This document shows, piece after piece, positions 45,743 to 55,738 of a stretch of DNA of 64,000 nucleotides. Positions within the stretch are counted from its first letter, which is position 1; every line of letters starts with the position of its first letter. Location of the stretch: the NCBI GenBank assembly GCA_963785305.1, contig CAWAUV010000008.1:672001-736000 (forward strand). Reading direction: 5' to 3'. Made by a program: the position numbers and the translations under genes. The stretch is from an uncultured Planctomycetaceae bacterium. Lineage in GTDB: Bacteria > Planctomycetota > Planctomycetia > Pirellulales > PALSA-1355. The notes under the pieces were generated by a model. The model was not told the DNA's origin and made no database searches. It saw only the letters and a program-made list of their open reading frames with translations.

Positions 45743-46348
45743 TCACCGCGCCCGCGCAATCGTGGCCAAAAGCGCCTTGGGGCCGCCGGGGCTGAACATC
45801 GCTTTCGCCGTGTCGGTTGTCGCGAATGTGGTCGCTTCGATGCGCTCGACCACCCAGCCCGCGGCGAAGGCGGCGCGAATCTCGTGCTGGCTCACGCGGC
45901 GGGGACCTTCGCCAGGCGGCTCCGCGTCGGAAAAGCACAAGATATGCAATCGCGCCTCGGGCCGCGCAACCGCCGCGAGTCCGGCGACGAAACGCGACCG
46001 CTCCGCGTCGGCAAATGTGTGGAACAGTCCGCAGTCGATCACAGTGTCGAATTGCCGCTTGAGCGAGGCGAGGTCGAGCGCGTCGCCCACGACGAATTCC
46101 GCGGCGATCGCCCGCTGGGCCGCCTTGGCTTTGGCACGCTCGATCGCCGTGGCGACATAATCGAGCCCGAGCACCTCGTGGCCCCGGGCGGCGAGATAGA
46201 GCGCGTTGTCACCGGTTCCGCAGCCCACGTCGAGCACGCCGCCGACGATTTGTCCCGCGGCTGCGAGTCGCTCGATCGATGGCTGCGGCCGACCGATATC
46301 CCAGGGCGCTTGGCCGGCATACATTTGCTCGAATTGCGCGCACTCCAT
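45743..46348 (-). CDS. Class I SAM-dependent methyltransferase
   Basis: PWDIGRPQP, VLDVGCGTG, FDTVIDCGLFH. Confidence 0.9.
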   Translation of the reverse strand: MECAQFEQMYAGQAPWDIGRPQPSIERLAAAGQIVGGVLDVGCGTGDNALYLAARGHEVLGLDYVATAIERAKAKAAQRAIAAEFVVGDALDLASLKRQFDTVIDCGLFHTFADAERSRFVAGLAAVARPEARLHILCFSDAEPPGEGPRRVSQHEIRAAFAAGWVVERIEATTFATTDTAKAMFSPGGPKALLATIARAR

Positions 46349-46419
46349 GCGATGTGCCTCGTGGTTAGCAGTTCCGGGCAAGCGATGCGACCGCCGAAAT
46401 TCGCATCACAACCGCGGGC

Positions 46420-47449
46420 CTACTTCTTCTCGACGAACCAGATATTTCGGTAGTTCACCGGGTTGCCGTGATTTTGCAGAATGGAGCGGGCCGGGCTCGG
46501 GACCTTCTTTCACCGGAGCGGCCGTGGTCGCGTGGGGCACGGAGATTTTGTCTTGCACCACGACGCCATTGAGCCGCGCCGTTATCACCGCGTCGGCCAC
46601 TTTCTTATCGCCTTCGTAGCGGGCGGCCGTGAAATCGATGTCGTAGGTCTGCCAGCTCAGGGGCGGCAAACACATATTCACGCTCGGGGCCGACACCGAA
46701 TAAATGCCGCCGCATTCGTTGTTTTCGCCCTTGAGGCCAAACGAATCGAGCACCTGGCACTCATAGCGTCCCTGAAGATAGACCCCGCTATTGCCGCGAC
46801 CCTGCCCGCGAGACGTCGGCATGAACGGTAATTGAAATTCGACATGGAGCGTGCCGCTTTGGAACTTCTGCTTGCTGTTCTGGCCTTGGGGCAGCAGTCC
46901 ATCGGCCGTGGGCTTGCCGGGCTCGAAGCCGTTGGAACTCGATCCATCGAATAGCACGACCGCGCCGGCCGGCGCAGCGGCGCCGAGCGTGGGGCTTTGG
47001 CGAATGGTTTTCTTGAGCTCGCCGATCTTGAAGCCATTGAGCGCCGGGACCGTGATCGTGAGCACTCCATCTTTCAGGCGGCCTTCGTGTTGTTCGCCCT
47101 TGAAGAGCGTGACGCCGTCTTTGGTTTCTCCATCGGTCGCGTGGAGCGGGCTGTTGTCATAGCCAGCGCCGGGCAGGCCACCGAAGTAGGCGACCGCGCG
47201 GAATTTGCTCTCGCCGAGGGCAATGATTTGCAGCCCGAGATTCATCGCGCCCTCGGGGGTTTGAATCTCGCCGACATATTCGCCCTGCGTCGCGAAGTCG
47301 GGGTCCTTGGCGTCGGAAACCGCGGCGGGCGCCGCCAGCAGCGGGCTCGATAGCGCGGCGAGCCCGGCGATCCCGACCGTCGCGACCCAGGCCCCAGCGA
47401 CAACCCAACGACGGCAAACGCTCGCAAACAGATTTCGGCAATCGATCAT
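46420..47449 (-). CDS. DUF1080 (3-keto-disaccharide hydrolase-like) secreted protein; 1-nt frameshift near 46480
   Basis: LHVEF, GNSGVYLQGRYECQVLDS, WQTYDI; the corrected end reads LQNHGNPVNYRNIWFVEKK*. Confidence 0.88.
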
Positions 47450-47771
47450 GGCAAACATCCGGGGAAAAAGGGGCGGGGTTCATGAAGAAGAGATTCGAAC
47501 CTGCGCGCGAGCGATCGACGGTCTCGAGGGCCCGACGCGCGGTCCGACCTGGCTGTTCGAACATTTTGGTCGCCAGCCCGCGCAAGAGCAAGCGCCTTGC
47601 CGAAATCCTCGGGCTCCGGGCGGAAAACATTTCGCGCGGGGAGCGTGCAACCATCGACGCCAGGGATTACGATGTCGAGCATCGCCCGAAGCACGCGCCG
47701 CGGGCGCCTCCGCGCTGCTCGTTGCTATCCTTGCCGGTTCTTCTCCCGTTCATCCCGCCCAGGAATGAAAC

Positions 47772-49202
47772 ATGCCCTCGCTCGCCTCGCACGAATTGCT
47801 CTCGCTCGCTCGCCGCGGAAGGGGAAATCTTTGCTTCGCGCTTTCGCATGCCCTGGTGCTTGCAAGCTGGCTATCGCTCCCAGGGAGCGGCGCCGCGGCG
47901 GTCAAGGCGCATTCCCTCTTTTCCGACAACGCGGTCTTGCAGCAAGGAATCACGCTGCCGGTTTGGGGCACAACCGACGCCGCTGGAAAGGTGACGGTGT
48001 CATTCGCCGAGCAAACCATGAGCGCCGAGCCCAAGGACGGCAAATGGCGCGTCGAGCTCGCCCCGCTCAGCCAAAACAACAAACCGGCCGAGCTCGTCAT
48101 CCACCAGGGCGAACAGAGCCTGACGATCAAGAATGTGCTCGTCGGCGAAGTCTGGATCTGCGGAGGACAGTCGAACATGGAATGGACCGTGGCCAATAGC
48201 GAGGGCGGCCAAGAAGCGATCGCCGCGTCGGCCAGCGATCAGATTCGGCTGCTCACCGTGCCGCGCGGCGGCGATTCCCAGCCCCAGAGCGACGTGAACG
48301 TCAAATGGTCGGTCGCCGCGCCCGACACGGTCCGAAACTTCTCCGCGGTCGGCTATTTCTTCGGCCGCAAATTGCAGCGCGATCGGCAGACGCCGGTCGG
48401 GCTCATCAGCAGCAATGTCGGCGGAACGCCGGCCGAGCGTTGGACCGCCAAGGCCGCGCTCGAGGCCGATCCCGAGCTCAAGCATCTCAACGGCGGCGAT
48501 CTCTACAATCGCATGATCGCGCCGCTCGCGCCGTTCGGAATTCGCGGCATGATTTGGTATCAGGGCGAGGCCAATCGCACTCGGCCCAAGCAATATCGCA
48601 AGCTCTTGAGCGCGATGATCAAGAACTGGCGCGAGGCGTTCAATGCGCCCGAGGCGCCGTTTCTGATCGTGCAACTCGCGCCGTTCATGAAGATTTCGCC
48701 CCAGCCGCAGGAAAGCAAGTTGGCGGAACTGCGCGACGCGCAACTCGCCGTGGCCGAAAATGTGCCGCATTGCGGCCTGGCCGTCATTACCGATCTGGGC
48801 GACGAACGGGATATCCATCCCCGGCAAAAGACTCCCGTCGGCGAGCGGCTCGCAGCGGCGGCCCGCGCGATCGCCCATGGTGAGCCGATCGAGTATTCCG
48901 GCCCGATATTCGACAAGCTCACCGTGAGCGGGCCCGAGGCCATCGTCGGCTTTAAACATGTGGGCGATGGTCTCGTGGCCAAGGGCGATGCGCTCACCGG
49001 CTTCACGATCGCCGGCGAGGATCACAAGTTTTTCAACGCCAAGGCCCGCATCCAGGGCGATAGCGTGGTGGTGACGAGCGACGATGTTCCGAAGCCGGTG
49101 GCGGTGCGCTATGGCTGGGCCGATTACCCGGTGGTGAACCTTTGGAACAAGAACGATTTTCCGGCGAGCCCCTTCCGCACCGACGATTTTCCGACGCCGT
49201 GA
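47772..49202 (+). CDS. Sialate O-acetylesterase (SGNH) family protein
   Basis: GEVWICGGQSNME, IWYQGE, DIHP, AVRYGW, PASPFRTD. Confidence 0.92.
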   Translation: MPSLASHELLSLARRGRGNLCFALSHALVLASWLSLPGSGAAAVKAHSLFSDNAVLQQGITLPVWGTTDAAGKVTVSFAEQTMSAEPKDGKWRVELAPLSQNNKPAELVIHQGEQSLTIKNVLVGEVWICGGQSNMEWTVANSEGGQEAIAASASDQIRLLTVPRGGDSQPQSDVNVKWSVAAPDTVRNFSAVGYFFGRKLQRDRQTPVGLISSNVGGTPAERWTAKAALEADPELKHLNGGDLYNRMIAPLAPFGIRGMIWYQGEANRTRPKQYRKLLSAMIKNWREAFNAPEAPFLIVQLAPFMKISPQPQESKLAELRDAQLAVAENVPHCGLAVITDLGDERDIHPRQKTPVGERLAAAARAIAHGEPIEYSGPIFDKLTVSGPEAIVGFKHVGDGLVAKGDALTGFTIAGEDHKFFNAKARIQGDSVVVTSDDVPKPVAVRYGWADYPVVNLWNKNDFPASPFRTDDFPTP

Positions 49203-49203
49203 C

Positions 49204-49704
49204 TCAGTCCGGCCAACTCGCGCCGATGGATATCGCCCCCGGCGGCGCAACGCCATGGGGCGCGACATAGGTCCACGCCAAGCGGTCGCGCGGCGCCAGC
49301 AAGCGCACCAGCACTCGCCAGTATTCGCCCGTCCGATCCGCCGGCCGATAGGCTTCCAAGCGATCGAGCGCCACGAGCCGCTCCTTGGCGTCGGCGAACG
49401 TAATGAGCTCGCCCTCGACGATCGACCACTCGGGCTCGGCCGCCGATGGCGGCGGAAATTCGGAGGACTGTTTCGCGATATCCGCCGCCGCGTCGGGCGA
49501 GCCGAAGGCCAGAACCGCTTCGCGCGGAACCGCGAGCATCGGGTACCCGGCCAACAGGTGAAACAGCCGCCCCTGGACTTGGGCCGGTTCGACGCTCACG
49601 GCGCCCTGACAATAACGAGCGTGGTTGCGCTGGCCGCGCTTGAGGGTGCCATAGACAAACATTTCGAGCGGCGCGATCACGGAAAAAAATGTCGCGTGAG
49701 ACAT
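49204..49704 (-). CDS. Gamma-glutamylcyclotransferase-like (AIG2/YtfP) protein
   Basis: FVYGTLKRG..NH, GYP, LDRLE. Confidence 0.85.
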   Translation of the reverse strand: MSHATFFSVIAPLEMFVYGTLKRGQRNHARYCQGAVSVEPAQVQGRLFHLLAGYPMLAVPREAVLAFGSPDAAADIAKQSSEFPPPSAAEPEWSIVEGELITFADAKERLVALDRLEAYRPADRTGEYWRVLVRLLAPRDRLAWTYVAPHGVAPPGAISIGASWPD

Positions 49705-50109
49705 AATCGCAACCTCGCATGCGATCGGTCGTGAGCCACGACCACGACTCGCGGCGCCGATTCTAACAAATTCGCGCCGCTGCTAGCAGGCGCCCGACGT
49801 CGCGGTCCGCATCGCAATACCCGAAAAAACTTGCTGCGCTCTTCCGCCCGCGGGCGGCGCGGGCGGCCCAAACCATGAATTCGTCTTGGCGGAGAATTCT
49901 TGTTGTGCTAACGTACGCCGCCCTTGCTCGACAGGCGAGGCCGACCGCGAGCTCCGGCGACAGGCAAGGCTGCCCCGCCCCCGGACCACGCGGCGAACCA
50001 CACACTCAAAACATCAAGTCGCGGGGCTCCTAACCCCCGCATGCGACCGAAGAACCGCGCCGCGATCTCCCAATACCGCGGCCAGGCCGACAAGGAAGGA
50101 GGCTGCCCG

Positions 50110-50631
50110 ATGAGCTCCGATCGCCAGGAGCAACTCCGCTGTCATATCCGCTGGATGATCCGTCGCGATATGGCCGAAGTGCTCGACATCGAACAAGAAA
50201 GCTTCGAATTCCCTTGGTGCGAAGAGGACTTCATTCGCTGTTTGCGGCAGCGAAATTGCATCGGCATGGTCGCCGAGCATGAGGAGCGCGTCGTCGGGTT
50301 CATGATCTATGAACTGCACAAGACGCGCTTGCATGTCCTGAACTTTGCCGTCGCGAGGTCGACCCGGCGCCATGGCGTCGGCCATCAGATGCTCGGCAAG
50401 CTTATCGGCAAGCTCTCCTTCCAGCGCAGGACCCGGGTGCTGCTCGAAGTGCGCGAGACCAATCTCGCCGCCCAGCTCTTCTTCAAAGCCGAAGGTTTTC
50501 GAGCCGTCAACGTGCTGCGCGACTTTTACGACGACACCACGGAAGACGCCTACGTGATGCAATATCGCTACAAGCCGGCCCCAGCTGAAATCGTGATTCC
50601 CACGAATCGCATCACGAAGCTCGCCGGTTGA
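50110..50631 (+). CDS. rimI: RimI-like N-acetyltransferase
   Basis: IEQESFEFPW, LNFAV, LEVRETNLAAQLFF..GF, FY...EDAYVM; GGAGG RBS. Confidence 0.88.
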   Translation: MSSDRQEQLRCHIRWMIRRDMAEVLDIEQESFEFPWCEEDFIRCLRQRNCIGMVAEHEERVVGFMIYELHKTRLHVLNFAVARSTRRHGVGHQMLGKLIGKLSFQRRTRVLLEVRETNLAAQLFFKAEGFRAVNVLRDFYDDTTEDAYVMQYRYKPAPAEIVIPTNRITKLAG

Positions 50632-50692
50632 AAAGGCGCCATTGCGCGAAAACGGCGGACAAGCGGCTCAAGAAGAACGTGGCCGACACTAC

Positions 50693-50800
50693 AGCCACGG
50701 AATCACAGGGAATCACACGGAAGATGGAACGGTAACGGCGCACGCTTCGCCCATCATATCACTGACCCTATTTCCATATTTTTCGTGTCCTTCCGTGGCT
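50693..50800. repeat. Periodic inverted-repeat (REP-like) element between convergent genes
   Basis: agccacggaa-tcacagggaa-tcacacggaa ... tttcgtgtcc-ttccgtggct; the outer 10 bp are a perfect inverted repeat. Confidence 0.65.
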
Positions 50801-50841
50801 AAATCCTTGGGCCTCGGAATGGTCGCTAATCGACGCGGTCG

Positions 50842-51708
50842 CTAATCGGCAATGCCGCGGGCGATGGCGAATATCTGCTCCATGTCCAGGGTTTGATCGC
50901 GGGCGGCGAATAGTTGCCGGATCGCGGCCTTGTGAATCTTCATCTTGAGCCCGCCCACGCCGATCGCCCCATAGTAGTAGCAGCCTTCGGCCTCGCGCGC
51001 TTTATCGAGCGGATCGATGCCCGCGATGCCCGCCGGCGGCGCCGCGCTCAGGTCGATGCAGACCCGCAACGATGGGCAGGCATGCAGCGTGGCCGCGGAA
51101 ACGAGCTCCACGCCGGGAGCGCCGGCCGAAAGCACCACCTGCGCTCCGGCCAGCACATCTTCGGCCATCGCCGACTCCGTGGCCACGGCCGTCACCCGCG
51201 CATGCGGGTAGCGGGCCCGAATCGCGCGACACGCGGCTTGGGCTCGTTCAAGACTGCGCGAGGTCACCAGGGTCTCGGCGCCGGCGAGCGATAGGAGCAT
51301 CGCCGCGCGCGAGCCCACCGGCCCCGTCGCCGCCAGCACCACCGCCTTGGCCTGGGCCAGATCGACATGTCGGGCCGCGGCCAGCACCGCCGCGGCCGCC
51401 GTGGTGTTGCAGCCATTGGAATCGAGCATTACCGACACGCGCAAGGGGCCGATAAACGCTTGCTGTGCCTCGCGGAGCAGAATTTCGCCCTGCTGCACGC
51501 TCGATCCGCCGATGAAAATCGCCGAACGATGCAAGTCGTCCACCCCGCGAGTGAAGATCAGGCCATGCACCAGCGTCGGCACGTCGGCCAACGACACGGC
51601 GCCCTGCCGCAGCACATGTTCGACGCCCGAATCGATTGCCACGGTCGTGTCGAACACGCTCGGATTGCGATCGGTGTCGAGCTGGAGCAAGATCGTGGGC
51701 TTGGACAT
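50842..51708 (-). CDS. mtdC: Methylene-H4MPT/H4F dehydrogenase (MtdA/MtdC family)
   Basis: PSVFD..VAIDSG, IFTRG, DSNGCNTTAAA, ATGPVG, YGAIGVGGLKMKIH; directly downstream of fae. Confidence 0.85.
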   Translation of the reverse strand: MSKPTILLQLDTDRNPSVFDTTVAIDSGVEHVLRQGAVSLADVPTLVHGLIFTRGVDDLHRSAIFIGGSSVQQGEILLREAQQAFIGPLRVSVMLDSNGCNTTAAAAVLAAARHVDLAQAKAVVLAATGPVGSRAAMLLSLAGAETLVTSRSLERAQAACRAIRARYPHARVTAVATESAMAEDVLAGAQVVLSAGAPGVELVSAATLHACPSLRVCIDLSAAPPAGIAGIDPLDKAREAEGCYYYGAIGVGGLKMKIHKAAIRQLFAARDQTLDMEQIFAIARGIAD

Positions 51709-51712
51709 CGGA

Positions 51713-52210
51713 CTAGAATCCACGGAACGGATGCACGGCGCTATCTTTACCGGCGAGCATTTGCTGGGCCGTGGGTTGGCCCTTCATCGCGGCGGCGATC
51801 GCGAGCTTGGTCGCCTCGTAGTTGTAATCGTAGATTTTCTTATCGTCGGCCGCCGCCGGCGCGATGAACACCCCGCACACGATCACCAGATTCTCGGTTT
51901 CGGAAATCGGGATCACGCCATCGGCCACCGAATCGGCCACGGCTTTGGCTACCGCCGCCTGCGCCGGGCCAAACATCTGCACCGCCTGTTTCATCCCCTT
52001 GATCGTGACCTTGGTCACGAGCACGGTCGAGGGCTTCACCGCCAGATTCGGCGCCAGCACGGCCAAGAGATTGCTATGCCCTTCACTCTGCCGGGCCAGC
52101 GCATTGGCAAACGCCGCGCCCACCGGGCCGTTTTTGTCGCCAATCAATAGATCGATATGCGCGATTTCATTGCCTTCGCCCGCCAATGCTTCACCAATAT
52201 ACATCGACAT
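51713..52210 (-). CDS. fae: Formaldehyde-activating enzyme
   Basis: GEALAGEGNEIAHIDL, KVTIKG, QMFGPAQAAVAKAV, YNYEATK. Confidence 0.96.
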   Translation of the reverse strand: MSMYIGEALAGEGNEIAHIDLLIGDKNGPVGAAFANALARQSEGHSNLLAVLAPNLAVKPSTVLVTKVTIKGMKQAVQMFGPAQAAVAKAVADSVADGVIPISETENLVIVCGVFIAPAAADDKKIYDYNYEATKLAIAAAMKGQPTAQQMLAGKDSAVHPFRGF

Positions 52211-52507
52211 CTCGCCGCTCCTGGGATGTGAGTCGTTTCGTGAGAAATGCAGCCCACGACCATAACACACGGCGCGGCGAATTCAAGCCGCGCCCGCCGA
52301 CGGATCGCGCCGCGGCTTCGCGAGAGCATCTGCCCGCGGCGCTAACGCGACGATTATAATACCCGCGCCACGTTATGAACTTATGACATTCGGGGAGGAA
52401 GCCGAACCAGGGCAGGCGCTCTCAATGGACCTCCGAGCCCCGCGAGATCGAGCGACCCCTGGGCCGCGGCCGCCAGTTCCCATCCACCCGACGAGCGATG
52501 CGCGCCG

Positions 52508-52891
52508 ATGATCCGTTTCCAAAAGCCGCCCGCAAGCTGGACGCGAAAGTTTGCCCATGCCGGTCGCGGCTTGCGGCGGGCGGTGCGCACTCAGAGCAGT
52601 TTCGCCGTGCATATGGCGGCAGCCGGAGCGGTCGCGATCGCGGCCGTGGCCCTGCGGGTCGACGTGGCCGAAGGTTGCTTGCTTGCCCTGTGCGTGAGCG
52701 GTGTATTCGCCGCCGAACTGTTCAACTCCGCCCTCGAACGCTTGGCCCGGGCGATCACCCGCGAACGCGATGGCAGAGTGCGCGACGCGCTCGACATGGC
52801 GAGCGCCGCCGTGCTCGCGACCGCGCTGGGCGCGGTGGCGGTCGGCGCCATCATCTTCCTGCGGCGTCTCGTGTCGCTTTTCGCTGGCTGA
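52508..52891 (+). CDS. dgkA: Diacylglycerol/undecaprenol kinase (DgkA family)
   Basis: KFAHAGRGL, ELFNSALE, DMASAAVL. Confidence 0.85.
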   Translation: MIRFQKPPASWTRKFAHAGRGLRRAVRTQSSFAVHMAAAGAVAIAAVALRVDVAEGCLLALCVSGVFAAELFNSALERLARAITRERDGRVRDALDMASAAVLATALGAVAVGAIIFLRRLVSLFAG

Positions 52892-52951
52892 TATGTTTCG
52901 GCTGACGAGACTACTGCATTGTCACAATTGAAATGACGGGTTGGATTGGTT

Positions 52952-53044
52952 CCGTGGCGCCATGCCCACGGCCCCGCGTGGGCATGAGGACTCCGCGTGG
53001 CGCTCGAAAACATGCCCACGCTGGGCGTGGGCATGGCACACGGG
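52952..53044. repeat. Inverted REP doublet (REPIN-like)
   Basis: gcgccatgcccacg..cgtgggcatg and its inverted copy catgcccacg..cgtgggcatggcac, about 24 bp apart. Confidence 0.8.
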
Positions 53045-53265
53045 GTTACCTATCATTTCAGCCGTGACAAAGCCCTACATTCGCGATGGCGAGGCGGTCG
53101 GCGAGAGCATGGCGCGCGGCCTCGATGGCGCACTGTCCAGAACCGCGAAAACAGGCCAGCATCGCAAAAAAACGCCTCCGTCGACCTTGGGGGCCGCGGG
53201 TTCAAGTCGGCGCGCATCGCCATCGAGCGAGCTTTGCCCACACGCGGTCTTCGATCATGGCGGCG

Positions 53266-53296
53266 CGGCCTGTTGAATATTTCAACAGGTTCCTAG
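53266..53296 (-). repeat. YTAG-anchored palindromic element, copy B
   Basis: Minus strand: CTAG-gaacctgttgaaatattcaacaggccg; the TAG is the stop of the DUF3467-like gene. Confidence 0.85.
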
Positions 53297-53646
53297 CGGG
53301 CGCCTGGGCGGACGCGTTTTTGCACGTCGGTTTCCAGCACTCCAAATGCCGCTTCGTGCCGCTGGAGCGACATTTGCAATGCGCCCAAGAGCCGCTTGGC
53401 CGTGAAGTAATTCACCACGATTCGCTCCGAAATCTCGATCGGCTCGGTCGGCACTCCGACCAGTTGCGAGTTCAGGCCGAAATCGATGATCAGTTCTTCG
53501 GGAGTGCCGGTCACGCGGCAGAAGTTCGCATAGGCCGCATGCGTTTTGCTGGTGTCGACCGCCACTTGCTGACGCTGGCCGGCTTCGGCCGCCGGCGGGG
53601 CTGGGGCGGGCGCGGCGCCGGGTTCCGCGTTTTCTGTCTTCGCCAT
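53293..53646 (-). CDS. DUF3467-like protein
   Basis: YANFCRVTGTPEELIIDFGLN...RIVVNYFTAKRL; GAGGAG RBS. Confidence 0.85.
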   Translation of the reverse strand: MAKTENAEPGAAPAPAPPAAEAGQRQQVAVDTSKTHAAYANFCRVTGTPEELIIDFGLNSQLVGVPTEPIEISERIVVNYFTAKRLLGALQMSLQRHEAAFGVLETDVQKRVRPGAR

Positions 53647-53949
53647 GAGAATCCTCCTCGCACGAATTGGGGTGAAAACGGACGTTGTTCGGTAGCATGC
53701 GAACGCGTTTTCGGGAGCCGGTCCGAAGGCGCCGTCAGCCCTAAATCGAGCGTCTTGGGGAAGCCACCCTGCCCTCACCCATCGGGGGAGAGGGGGAGTT
53801 GGTCGGATCGGCCCGGAAGGTCGTCGACGCGTTGCCGCATAACACGAGCGTAATGAATTGTGACTTACCCACGGAAGATCGGCCAGCCCAAACCGCGCGA
53901 AAGCCGGGCTTCACGGCGTGCCGAGGGAGCGAGTTTCACCGATCAATTG

Positions 53950-53985
53950 TTAGCAGTCTGTTGGAAATTTCCAACAGGCTGCTAG
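53950..53985. repeat. YTAG-anchored palindromic element, copy C
   Basis: TTAG-cagtctgttggaaatttccaacaggctg-CTAG. Confidence 0.9.
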
Positions 53986-54433
53986 GGCCCCTGCTCGGCG
54001 CGGCGACGAAGAAAGTAGCGTTGCGCTCGGCGACGCAACATTGCCCGCTCGGAGCGAGCCGCCGGCAATCGGCCGCCGGCGATTTGGCTTTCTCGAGCAG
54101 CTCGCGAATCCGGCGCACTCCGCCCTCGCGCAGATCGTCGTCGACATCATCGCGAGTGAAGCCGAAACAGGCGCAGAGCGGGGCGTCGGCGTCTTTGGGC
54201 CACACCGGCGTCGCCACGTCGCTCCGCGGCACGGTGCGCCCGACTTCATCGAAATAAATCACCTCGCAACGCGCGAAGGGACAATAGGCCGCCGGCTCGC
54301 TCAGCGCCACCGCTTCCGGCGACCGCACATGCAGTCGCCAAACCGCTTCCGAAACCGATATGCCGAGCGAGCCGCAGGCAGGGCACTGCCGCTGGCCGCT
54401 GTCGTCGGGTTCGCGCACAAAGGCTTTGTTCAT
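53982..54433 (-). CDS. Cys-rich Zn/[2Fe-2S] protein similar to the Archaeoglobus CopZ N-terminal domain (frameshift near 54025)
   Basis: CPACG..YCPFARCEVIYF..LCACFG..C..PSGQCC; the corrected end reads QRYFLRRRAEQGP*. Confidence 0.75.
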
Positions 54434-54614
54434 GGTGGATCTCGCCCCCGACACGCGCGGGACCGGACCCCGCGATTCGCCTGATTTGACGCTGACGTTA
54501 CGCCCATTTAGGATAACAGAAGTCGCTGCTCCGAGGCGCCCAAGGCAATGGCCGTTTGCCCGCGCGGCTCCGCTCTTTCTTCCGTCAATCCTTCCGACCA
54601 TTCAGGACCCGTCC

Positions 54615-55729
54615 ATGAGTTTGCTCGCCGCGGAGTTCGACCGGCTTGTCGCGTTTGGCGATTGCCGAGTCGCGCGAACACAAACGTTGTCCGTGGCGAG
54701 CGGGGTCGCCAGATCGAGACGCTCGCGAGGCGGCCAGGTCTCTTGTGGGTTTTCTTTACGGTTCGCTTGTCGTGCGATCGGCTTGGCGATTGCAATTGCG
54801 CTTCCGCCGGCGCGGTGGCCCACGCCGCCGCCGACGATGAAGAGGAAGACCCGACCAAGCCGCAAGATATCAGCCTGAAGACGGGCGATGGTCTCGACCT
54901 GAAGGCCACCTACTATCCTTCGCTGCTGAAGAAAAAGAAAAATGCCGTGCCGCTCATTTTGCTGCATGCCTGGAAGGGTGATCGCGGCGACTGCGAGCCG
55001 CTAGCGCTGTATCTGCGATCGCTCGGCCATGCCGTGGTGACTCCCGACTTGCGCGGTCATGGCCAAAGCAAGGAGATTACTCGGCCCGACGGCAGCAAGA
55101 CCACTCTCGCGGCCAACTCGATGCGCCGCGCCGACTTTATCGCCATGTGGTCTCCGCAGATCGACGGCGAGAGTCTCGGCGGCGACATGGAGGCCATCAA
55201 GACCTTTCTGCTCAAGAAGAACAATGCCGGCGAATTGAATATCGAGCGGCTTGGAGTGGTCGGCGCCGAAATGGGCGCGACCGTGGCCGTGAATTGGGCC
55301 GCCGTCGATTGGGCGTGGCCGATGCTCACCACCGGCAAGCAAGGCCAGGATGTGAAAGCCCTGGTGCTGATTTCGCCCGAAATGAACTTCAAGGGCCTGG
55401 GCCTCGCCGCTCCCCTGACCGAAACCGATATCGGCGCGAAGCTGTCGTATTTTATCGTGGTGGGCGGCGCCAAGGGGCGATCGTCGAAACTCGTGCAAGA
55501 GGCCAAGAATCTGAACCTCCTGCTCCAGCCCATGCACCCCGATCCGCCGTCGGACGAAGTGGCCGAGAAGAAGTCGCTCTTCTTCAAGACAATCGACACG
55601 AATCTCCAGGGCACGAAGTTGCTCAACGAGAAGTCGTTCAAGCTCGACGCTCAAATCGGCAAGTTCATCGAACTGCGACTGGTTAATCCAGACTACGAAT
55701 GGGCCGACCGCCGGAACCCGCTCAAGTGA
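54615..55729 (+). CDS. Secreted alpha/beta-hydrolase-fold protein (frameshift near 54810, start uncertain)
   Basis: ILLH, PDLRGHGQS, VVGAEMGA, LVLISP. Confidence 0.75.
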
Positions 55730-55738
55730 TCGCGTCGC

